Source: Desulfohalobiaceae bacterium
GTDB lineage: Bacteria > Desulfobacterota > Desulfovibrionia > Desulfovibrionales > Desulfothermaceae
NCBI GenBank assembly: GCA_021737615.1
Contig: JAIPDR010000053.1
Span: 1-20,125, forward strand
Reading direction: 5' to 3'
Length of the DNA: 20,125 bases
Shown piece after piece: positions 12,881 to 19,492 of the stretch (the stretch's first letter is position 1; each line of letters opens with the position of its first letter). The notes under the pieces are model-generated. The model made no database searches and was not told where the DNA came from. It saw only the letters and a list, made by a program, of their open reading frames with translations. The position numbers were made by a program, and so were the translations under genes.

Positions 12881-14020
12881 AAATTCAGAGTAGAGCAGGG
12901 CCTCGCAATCCGGGCAGATGCCGTGGGAAAATGTAGCTTCTGAGTGTTTCTTGATGAAGAATTCGATCTGGTTCCAGTAGCCCTGGTCGTCCCGGATCTT
13001 TTTGCAGTTGGCGCAGATTGGGATGAGCCCTTTCAAGGTCTTGACTTGGACCAGGGCTTCCTGGAGCCGGTTCCGCTCATTGAGAAGCGCAGTCTCAGCC
13101 GCAGTTTTCCGGGCGATTTCCTCCTCCAGGGTCGTATTACGTTCCTTCAATTCTCTGGTTTTGGATCTGACCTGCTGTTTCAAGACCAGGCTGAAGAGAG
13201 CAAACAGACAGCCCAGGCCGACTGCCGCGGCCAATCCGAAAAGCAAAGCCCTGGGCACCTCCCGTTCCACCCGCATGTCGAACCAGTGCTCCAGGGTCTG
13301 GTTGTAGAAGGAATTCCGGTCCTGCTTCAGGACGGAAAGCTGTTGATCAATAGCGGCCGCCAGGTCCTGGTTATGCCCTTTGGGAAAGGCGAATCTGAGT
13401 TCCACCGGGGCCAGGACGATGGGCGTCCGCCTGACCTCGTATTTGTCCTCCTCGGCCAGGCCGTAGAGCCTGCTGATGATCCCGGCCTCCGCCGCTCCCC
13501 GGTCCAGGGCTTGAAAGACTTCTTTGTAACCGCTGCAGAGCACATACTCGCAGGCAATGTTGAACTGCTTGAAGCGTTCAAAGGAGATACCCCCTTGCAT
13601 GACCGCGACTCTTTTGCCCTGAAGCTGCTCGACGTTTTCAATGTCCAATCCTGCGCGGCTGTAAATCCTAGCCCAGTTGGAGAGCACGGTCTCCCGGTTG
13701 AAGTCATACATTTCGGCCCGGTCCCGGCTATAGGCCACATCCACCATGATATCCAGCTTGCCGGCCCGCAGCCGGTCCAGGCACTGCTGCCAGGTCCCGG
13801 GCACATAGTCCAGGTCCCAGCCTTCCTGCCTCGCGATATCCCCCAGAAGATCCACCCAGATTCCGGCGGGCCTGCCGGCCTCATCCAGGTAGACCTTGGG
13901 CTTGTTCTGATAGATGCCCACCCGGACCGTCTCGGCAGCAGACCCTGAAGCCGGGAGCCAGAACAGGAGCAACAGGGCGATGAGCAGCCGTATGAAATTT
14001 TGGATTTTGGATCTCCACAT
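12854..14020 (-). CDS. Periplasmic solute-binding (SBP family 3/PBPb) sensor - TM - coiled coil - C-terminal CxxC...H...CxxC module
   Basis: Signal-peptide-like MWRSKIQNFIRLLIALLLLFWLPASGSAAE. SBP_bac_3-like VRVGIYQNKPKVYLDEAG...DIMVDVAYSRDRAEMYDF. TM helix LLFGLAAAVGLGCLFALFSLVL. C-terminus LIPICANCKKIRDDQGYWNQIEFFIKKHSEATFSHGICPDCEALLY. The start is taken at ATG 14018-14020 inside the repeat array. The track ORF extends to 14101 through repeat DNA. Confidence 0.85.
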   Translation of the reverse strand: MWRSKIQNFIRLLIALLLLFWLPASGSAAETVRVGIYQNKPKVYLDEAGRPAGIWVDLLGDIARQEGWDLDYVPGTWQQCLDRLRAGKLDIMVDVAYSRDRAEMYDFNRETVLSNWARIYSRAGLDIENVEQLQGKRVAVMQGGISFERFKQFNIACEYVLCSGYKEVFQALDRGAAEAGIISRLYGLAEEDKYEVRRTPIVLAPVELRFAFPKGHNQDLAAAIDQQLSVLKQDRNSFYNQTLEHWFDMRVEREVPRALLFGLAAAVGLGCLFALFSLVLKQQVRSKTRELKERNTTLEEEIARKTAAETALLNERNRLQEALVQVKTLKGLIPICANCKKIRDDQGYWNQIEFFIKKHSEATFSHGICPDCEALLYSEFEEAPQVDK

Positions 14021-14057
14021 TTTGGATTTTGGATCTCCACATTTTGGATTTTGGATT
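13996..14057 (-). repeat. Heptamer array with a perfect 22-bp tandem duplication (attttggattttggatctccac x2, then attttggattttggatt)
   Basis: Units 13997-14018 and 14019-14040 are identical. The array contains the inferred start codon at 14018-14020. Confidence 0.9.
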
Positions 14058-14212
14058 AGGAAGACACAGAATAAGAACTGGTCTATATGGAATAAATCCA
14101 ATACCTTTTTCCTAAAGCATCTATCCCTCAGGGCCGGCCTCCAGCTCCGCTACGGGCCGGAGAGTAAAGTATACGCCCTGGAGAAAAGCCAAAATCGACC
14201 CTCTTTCTTTTT

Positions 14213-14249
14213 CCGCAATCCAAAATCCGCATTCCAAAATCCAAAATTC
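14213..14249 (+). repeat. Heptamer array (ccgcaatccaaaatccgcattccaaaatccaaaattc)
   Basis: Period-7 repeat that ends 1 nt before stop TGA 14251-14253. Inverted relative to 13996-14057. Confidence 0.9.
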
Positions 14250-14250
14250 T

Positions 14251-15783
14251 TCAAACGCTTTCCCACTCAAACCCCACGATATTCCGTTTCTCACTGGAAA
14301 ACTCCACCCCGATCAAATAGACCTCCTGCCCGGCGAATTTTTCCGCGTACCCCCTGGCCTTGATCTGTTCCAGGGCCCCGGCTTGATCCGTGAGCTCCAC
14401 CACCTTGAACTCGATCAGATAGATCCGGTCCTCAAAACGCAGGGTCAGGTCCATCCTGCCCTTGTTCGTCGGCTCTTCAGGATGGACGTCCAGCCCAAGG
14501 GCTGCAAAATAACAGTAGACAATGGAGGCGTAGTAGCCTTCATACCCGGCCAATTGGTTCTTGCGATACCAGTCATGGGGGATGGAGGCGAAAAAGGCCT
14601 GAAACAGCTCACGGAGCTTATCCAGGTCATTGACTGAGAGGGCATCCAGCAGATCGGACTGATTTCTGGTCTTGGCCAGGCGGGCCTGGGATAGTCCGTT
14701 CAAAATGGAGTTGGTCAGACTGGCCTTGACCTCCATGTTGGGGTAACCAAGGCGATACCGGCTAAAGGCCCCGGTCTGGGAAAAGCCCCTGATAGTCAAG
14801 TAGCCGGTCTGGAAAAGAAGGGCCTCCGCAACAATTGAATCGATATCAAAACTGCCCACGATTTCCTCTCCCACGGTCAGGTCTTCCACTTCCGGGATGC
14901 TGTACCGGCCCTCCTGCAGCAGTTTGACCAGAAAACCCGGGGTTCCGGTTTCAAACCAATAATTCCGAAATTCCTTAGAATCCAAATACAGCAGAATATC
15001 AAAAGGGTTATAGACCTCGTCTCCCAGCCAGTTGTACCCATTGTACCACTGTTGGACCTGATCCTTATCCACCCCGTCCAAACGATCCACAAAGACCGTC
15101 TCCAATTCCTGCTGGGTATATCCACAAATCGCTGAAAAGCGCTTATCCAGGGTGATGTCCTTGAGGTTGTTCAAACCGCTGAACAAGGAAACCTTGCTGA
15201 ATTTGGAGACCCCGGTGATGAATACGAATTCTAGATAGGGATCGGCATCCTTGATCACTGAGTAGTAGTTCTTGAGCTCCTCTCTGATTTCCACAGCTGT
15301 TGCCGGTTTTTCAATATTGTCCAGGATGGGCTTGTCATATTCGTCCACCAGGACCACCACTTTTTGGCCGAATTGCCTGCACAAGGTGTGGATCAGTTCG
15401 GCGAAGCGGCTTCTCAAATCATCATAGCTGAAAGAAATTTTGTATTCTTTCGCATGCTCGGATAATATATAGGTAAAAGATTGCTGAAGCTCCTCAATAG
15501 TTCTCAGCACTCCGGAGCCAAAGCTGATATGGACCACCGGATTCGTCCGGTCCCAATCCCAGTGATCAAAAAGATACTGTCCTTGAAACAAGTCCTTTTT
15601 GCCTTGATAGGCGGCCTTGATGGTGCTCAGGAACAAACTCTTGCCGAAGCGCCTAGGCCGGGAGAGGAAGTAATAATCCCCGGCCTGGGCCAGCTCGCTG
15701 ATAAACCGTGTTTTATCGACATAGTAACAGTTGCTTTCAATCAGCTTTTCAAAGGTCTGAATGCCGATGGGCAGCTTTTTCAT
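14251..15783 (-). CDS. AAA-ATPase-like domain protein with C-terminal PD-(D/E)XK nuclease-like domain (AAA-ATPase_like/PDDEXK_9 architecture)
   Basis: MKKLPIGIQTFEKLIESNCYYVDKTRFI...YFLSRPRRFGKSLFLST is the characteristic N-terminus of this family. The C-terminal ...GRMDLTLRFEDRIYLIEFKV... fits a PD-(D/E)XK core. AGGAG lies 9 nt upstream of the ATG. Confidence 0.85.
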   Translation of the reverse strand: MKKLPIGIQTFEKLIESNCYYVDKTRFISELAQAGDYYFLSRPRRFGKSLFLSTIKAAYQGKKDLFQGQYLFDHWDWDRTNPVVHISFGSGVLRTIEELQQSFTYILSEHAKEYKISFSYDDLRSRFAELIHTLCRQFGQKVVVLVDEYDKPILDNIEKPATAVEIREELKNYYSVIKDADPYLEFVFITGVSKFSKVSLFSGLNNLKDITLDKRFSAICGYTQQELETVFVDRLDGVDKDQVQQWYNGYNWLGDEVYNPFDILLYLDSKEFRNYWFETGTPGFLVKLLQEGRYSIPEVEDLTVGEEIVGSFDIDSIVAEALLFQTGYLTIRGFSQTGAFSRYRLGYPNMEVKASLTNSILNGLSQARLAKTRNQSDLLDALSVNDLDKLRELFQAFFASIPHDWYRKNQLAGYEGYYASIVYCYFAALGLDVHPEEPTNKGRMDLTLRFEDRIYLIEFKVVELTDQAGALEQIKARGYAEKFAGQEVYLIGVEFSSEKRNIVGFEWESV

Positions 15784-15797
15784 AAGGACAGGCTCCT

Positions 15798-15845
15798 GAT
15801 TTTGGATTGCGGATTTTGGATTGCGGATTGCAGATTTTGGATTTG
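15798..15845 (-). repeat. Heptamer array (gattttggattgcggattttggattgcggattgcagattttggatttg)
   Basis: Period-7 repeat, 14 nt upstream of the start codon at 15783. Confidence 0.9.
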
Positions 15846-15847
15846 AC

Positions 15848-15880
15848 GGAAGTGCCTAAAGTCGGGGAACACCTAAAGTA
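15848..15880 (+). repeat. GAAGTG/CTAAAGT box repeat (ggaagtgcctaaagtcggggaacacctaaagta)
   Basis: Two units. Inverted relative to 15921-15967. Confidence 0.75.
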
Positions 15881-15920
15881 TTCGGAATTATAAGAGCGGT
15901 CGCTGCAGTCTCCGTTCCGT

Positions 15921-15967
15921 CAACTTTAGTCGCTTTAGTTCACTTCTCAACTTTAGCTCACTTCTTC
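15921..15967 (-). repeat. GAAGTG/CTAAAGT box repeat (caactttagtcgctttagttcacttctcaactttagctcacttcttc)
   Basis: Three to four units. Overlaps the last codons and the stop of the 15953-18475 CDS. Confidence 0.75.
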
Positions 15968-18475
15968 TCCACCTCCCAAAGCCTTTTTGATATCCCGCAG
16001 CAAATTCTCCTTGTTGAATTGTTCTTTCTGGATGATATATTCGATCCTGCTGTTGAGCCACTCTATTTCTTCCTGGGTCATTTTTTTTCCGGAGACGATA
16101 ATAATCGGGATATGCTTGCCGGGCTCTTCTTTCTTCAGCCGGCCGATGACCTCAAAGCCGTCCACCTCCGGCATCGCCAGATCCAGGATGATCAGGTCCG
16201 GGGCCTGTTCCGAGACCCTGTCCAGCCCCTCCTGCCCGCCATAGGCCTTTCTGATCCTGTAGCCGTTGAGTTCTTCAAGGGACCTGGACAAAAGCTCCAC
16301 GGCCAGGGGATCATCGTCCACGATCAGGATATCGAAGATGGACCGTATTTTCTTCAGCCGCTCCAGCTCCCGGGTCAGCCGGTCCTTGTCGATCGGCTTG
16401 ACCAGATAGTCCACTGCCCCCAGGGAGAGGCCCAGTTCGCGGTTATCCAGCATGGAGATGCAGATAACCGGGATATCCTCGGTCTGGGGATCATTTTTAA
16501 GTTCTTCCAGGATATCCCAGCCGTCCCGGCCGGGCATGACGATATCCAGGGTCACGGCAAAGGGCTTGAATTTCCGGGCCAGCTGCACGGCCTCCAGGCC
16601 GTTGCAAGCCTGGACGACTTCATAGCCCTCGGCCTGGAGATAGGCTTTGAGGATCTCCTGAGCCTCCTTATCGTCATCGATGGTCAGGATCAACTTTTTG
16701 TCCGGATCCAGATCTTCAGAAGAAATCGCGGGGCTTTTTTCGAAAGTAGCCGGTGCTTGAACCGGAATGGTGAACCAGAAGCAGGAACCCTGGCCGTATT
16801 CGCTGTCCACTCCGATGCATCCGCCCATCATCTCCACCATTTTCTTGCAGATGGCCAGGCCCAGCCCGGTGCCTCCGGGCTTTTCCTTGAGGGGGCCGTC
16901 GATCTGCTGGAACTCATCAAAGACCTCTTCCAGGTGTTCGGTGCGGATACCCAGACCGGTGTCGGAGACACTGAAACGGATCATTTCCCCACCGGCCTCC
17001 CCCTTGAGCAGGTCGGTTTTGAGGCAGACCCTGCCTGATTCCGTGAATTTTACGGCGTTGGAGAGCAGGTTGATCAGAATCTGCTTGATGCGATTCTTGT
17101 CGTTGTACAAGGTGGATGGGATATCCGAGACGTCGAGACCAAAATTCAGGCCTTTTTTCTGAACCAGGGGGGCCACCATGTCTTGCACCGATTTCAGTAG
17201 CTCCCTGAGCTCGAATTCAGCAGGCTGGATCTCGATCTTGCCGGCCTCGATCTTGGACAGGTCCAGGACGTCATTGATCAGCCCCAACAGGTGCTGGGCG
17301 CTGTCATAGACCATGCCCAGCTGCTTGCGCTGCTCTTGGTTGAGCTCCCCTGCCAGCCCCTCCAGGAGGATTCCGCTGAAGCCGATGATGGAGTTCAGGG
17401 GAGAACGCAGCTCGTGGCTCATGTTGGCCAGAAACTGGGACTTGAGCCGGCCGGCCTCTTCCAGACGCTGGTTGGCTTCAGACAATTCCCGGGTCCGGCC
17501 TTCGACCTTTTGTTCCAAGGTCTCGGCATAGTCCTGCAAACGAGTTTCCGCCTGCCGGCGTTTCAAGATTTCGGCTTCCAGGGCCTGGTTGCGCTCCGAG
17601 AGTTCCCGGGTTTTGGCCCGGACCTGCCGTCTGAGGACCAGGGCGAATATAAAAAACAGGCCCCCCAGGCCCACGGCCGCGGCCAGTCCAAAGAGCAAAA
17701 CCCCGGGCACTTCCCGCTCCACCCGCCTGTCGAACCACTGCTCCAGGGTCTGGTGGTAGAAAGAATCCCGGTTCTGCTTCAAGGCGGACAGGCGCCGGTC
17801 AATGGCGGCAATCAGGTCCCGGCCTTGATCCTTGGGAAAAGCGAACCTGAGCTCCACCGGAGCCAGGACGATGGGTGTCCGCCTGACCTCGTATCTGTCT
17901 TCCTCGGCCAGGCCGTAGAGCCTGCTGATGATCCCGGCCTCCGCCGCTCCCCGATCCAGAACTTGAAAGACCTCTTTGTAGCCGCTGCAGAGCACATACT
18001 CGCAGGCAATGTTGAACTGCTTGAAGCGCTCGAAGGAGATCCCCCCTTGCATAACCGCGACCCTTTTTCCCTGGAGCTGCTCGACGTTTTCAATGTCCAA
18101 TCCCGAGCGGCTGTAGACCCGGGCCCAATTTGAGAGCACGGTCTCTCTGTTGAAGTCAAAAAGTTCGGCCCGGTCCCGGCTGTAGGCCACGTCCACCATG
18201 ATATCAAGCTCGCCCGCCTGCAGCCGGTCCAGGCACTGCTGCCAGGTCCCGGTCACATACTCCAGATCCCAGCCTTCCTGCCTCGCGATATACCCCAGAA
18301 GATCCACCCAGAGCCCAGCCGGATTCCCGGCCTCATCCAGGTAGACCTTGGGCTTGTTCTGATAAATGCCCACCCGGAGCGTCTCGGCCGCTGTCCCTGT
18401 AACCGGGAGCCAGGACAGGATTAGCAAAGTTAGCACAGGGGTCAGGCAGCGGAGTGTCATGTACAAGCTCTTCAC
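15953..18475 (-). CDS. Hybrid histidine kinase: periplasmic SBP family 3 sensor - TM - coiled coil - HisKA - HATPase_c - REC - REC
   Basis: 840-aa ORF. The signal/TM region is followed by LRVGIYQNKPKVYLDEAG... (SBP_bac_3), then a TM helix, SHELRSPLNSI, DTGLGI/GTGLGLAI and two receivers. The start is either GTG 18473-18475 or ATG 18458-18460. Confidence 0.9.
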   Translation of the reverse strand: MKSLYMTLRCLTPVLTLLILSWLPVTGTAAETLRVGIYQNKPKVYLDEAGNPAGLWVDLLGYIARQEGWDLEYVTGTWQQCLDRLQAGELDIMVDVAYSRDRAELFDFNRETVLSNWARVYSRSGLDIENVEQLQGKRVAVMQGGISFERFKQFNIACEYVLCSGYKEVFQVLDRGAAEAGIISRLYGLAEEDRYEVRRTPIVLAPVELRFAFPKDQGRDLIAAIDRRLSALKQNRDSFYHQTLEQWFDRRVEREVPGVLLFGLAAAVGLGGLFFIFALVLRRQVRAKTRELSERNQALEAEILKRRQAETRLQDYAETLEQKVEGRTRELSEANQRLEEAGRLKSQFLANMSHELRSPLNSIIGFSGILLEGLAGELNQEQRKQLGMVYDSAQHLLGLINDVLDLSKIEAGKIEIQPAEFELRELLKSVQDMVAPLVQKKGLNFGLDVSDIPSTLYNDKNRIKQILINLLSNAVKFTESGRVCLKTDLLKGEAGGEMIRFSVSDTGLGIRTEHLEEVFDEFQQIDGPLKEKPGGTGLGLAICKKMVEMMGGCIGVDSEYGQGSCFWFTIPVQAPATFEKSPAISSEDLDPDKKLILTIDDDKEAQEILKAYLQAEGYEVVQACNGLEAVQLARKFKPFAVTLDIVMPGRDGWDILEELKNDPQTEDIPVICISMLDNRELGLSLGAVDYLVKPIDKDRLTRELERLKKIRSIFDILIVDDDPLAVELLSRSLEELNGYRIRKAYGGQEGLDRVSEQAPDLIILDLAMPEVDGFEVIGRLKKEEPGKHIPIIIVSGKKMTQEEIEWLNSRIEYIIQKEQFNKENLLRDIKKALGGGEEVS

Positions 18476-18525
18476 ATTGCGGATTTTGGATCTTCCGATT
18501 TTGAATCTCCCGATTTTGGAGATCT
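18473..18525 (-). repeat. Heptamer array (cacattgcggattttggatcttccgattttgaatctcccgattttggagatc)
   Basis: It fills the whole gap between the DUF5615 stop (18526-18528) and the kinase start (18475). Confidence 0.85.
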
Positions 18526-18857
18526 TTAGAGAGGCAAGAATTGAACATGAGTTAGCAGATCTTCAGGTTCGCCGGCAGTTGAAATGAGCTCCAGATCTCT
18601 TATACAAGTGCCGATCGTCGTCCCCATCGGATGGCAATAGATTACCCCCGCAAAAGGCGTTTCCTCCTTTTGTCGTTTTGCCGCCTCAGCGAGAAAATCG
18701 TCATCATGCGTGAAAAGCACCCGGCCCAGTTGTGTGGATCGGTCTAACAATTCTGAATCGTCCATCTCGTCGGAACCATCTTCATGTGGGCTGTCAGAAC
18801 ATCTACACCATGTAAACGCAGACCCAAGGTTATGGATCGGGGGACATTATGGTCCAT
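18526..18857 (-). pseudogene. DUF5615-type PIN-like (toxin-like) gene interrupted by a frameshift
   Basis: ATG 18855-18857 opens MDHNVPRSITLGLRLHGVDVLTA. That frame then dies. A different frame continues HEDGSDEMDDSELLDRSTQLGRVLFTHDDDFLAEA...VIYCHP...FLPL (the track ORF 18526-18765). The junction is near 18785-18793 (acagcccacatgaag). Joined, they give a protein of about 105 aa typical of the family. Confidence 0.6.
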
Positions 18858-18874
18858 ATAAAGTGGAATCACAA

Positions 18875-19204
18875 TCAGATCAGTCCCTTGGATTTGAGCC
18901 TGGCCGCGAGAGGGGTTTGGCCCTCGGTTTTTCGAGCCTGCCTCACAAAAGCAAGCCTTTTTTCAATGTCCCTATCAATCGCTTCCTGGTGATCCCAATA
19001 GTAAGCCAAAGCAGAGTATATCTGGCCAAGTGTCAGGTGAGGATGCTGAAAATACAGTTCTTCGGGGCTCCACCCGTAGGCGATCTTTTCCACAACGATC
19101 TCGATCACCTTCATGTTTGTTCCTGCTATGACCGGTACGCCTTTGGCATCCAGCGCCACGTGCTCATACCGTGTTTTCTCAACAGTCAATGACATGATCA
19201 TCAC
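18875..19204 (-). CDS. DUF433 domain protein (antitoxin-like partner of DUF5615)
   Basis: ...DAKGVPVIAGTNMKVIEIVVEKIAYGWSPEELYFQHPHLTLGQIYSALAYYWDHQEAIDRDI is the DUF433 pattern. It ends 17 nt upstream of the DUF5615 ATG. Confidence 0.8.
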   Translation of the reverse strand: MMIMSLTVEKTRYEHVALDAKGVPVIAGTNMKVIEIVVEKIAYGWSPEELYFQHPHLTLGQIYSALAYYWDHQEAIDRDIEKRLAFVRQARKTEGQTPLAARLKSKGLI

Positions 19205-19359
19205 CTTTTCCTTTCATCTCCTGTTTCATGGGTACCTCTTATCTTCTATACCAGAAGTTGGCATAAATTGCGCTTCTTATCTGCCGTCGATGACAGCTCT
19301 CCTGGGTCATGTGAGACAGGAGATGTATTTTGGGCCAACTTCTGGTATCTATTTGATAA

Positions 19360-19388
19360 ATTGAAATATAAAAAAACTCAAAAGTCAA
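19360..19388 (-). promoter_or_regulatory. Candidate sigma70-type promoter for the DUF433/DUF5615 pair
   Basis: The minus strand reads TTGACT (19383-19388), a 17-nt spacer, then TTCAAT (19360-19365). Pattern match only. The -10 matches 4 of 6 positions. Confidence 0.25.
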
Positions 19389-19414
19389 GAAACCACCCCC
19401 GTCCCTCCTCCTCT

Positions 19415-19436
19415 CCAATCCAAAATCCGCAATCCC
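19415..19436 (+). repeat. Heptamer array (ccaatccaaaatccgcaatccc)
   Basis: Period-7 repeat flanking the GC-rich palindrome at 19434-19466. Confidence 0.8.
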
Positions 19437-19492
19437 TCCGGGGCATAGGCCCCTACGGGCCGGAGGCCAAAATCCAATATTCAATTCCTCCT

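Noticed and set aside
13996-14057. Possible CRISPR array, given short direct repeats at many sites
   Set aside because: The repeat period is 7 nt (22 nt for the one duplication), there are no unique spacers of 25-40 nt, and no cas genes are present. This is not CRISPR architecture.
14021-14101. 27-codon N-terminal extension of the SBP sensor ORF, and the analogous 13-codon extension at 6339-6377
   Set aside because: Both are read-through of repeat DNA upstream of a better start that directly precedes the signal peptide or the receiver domain.
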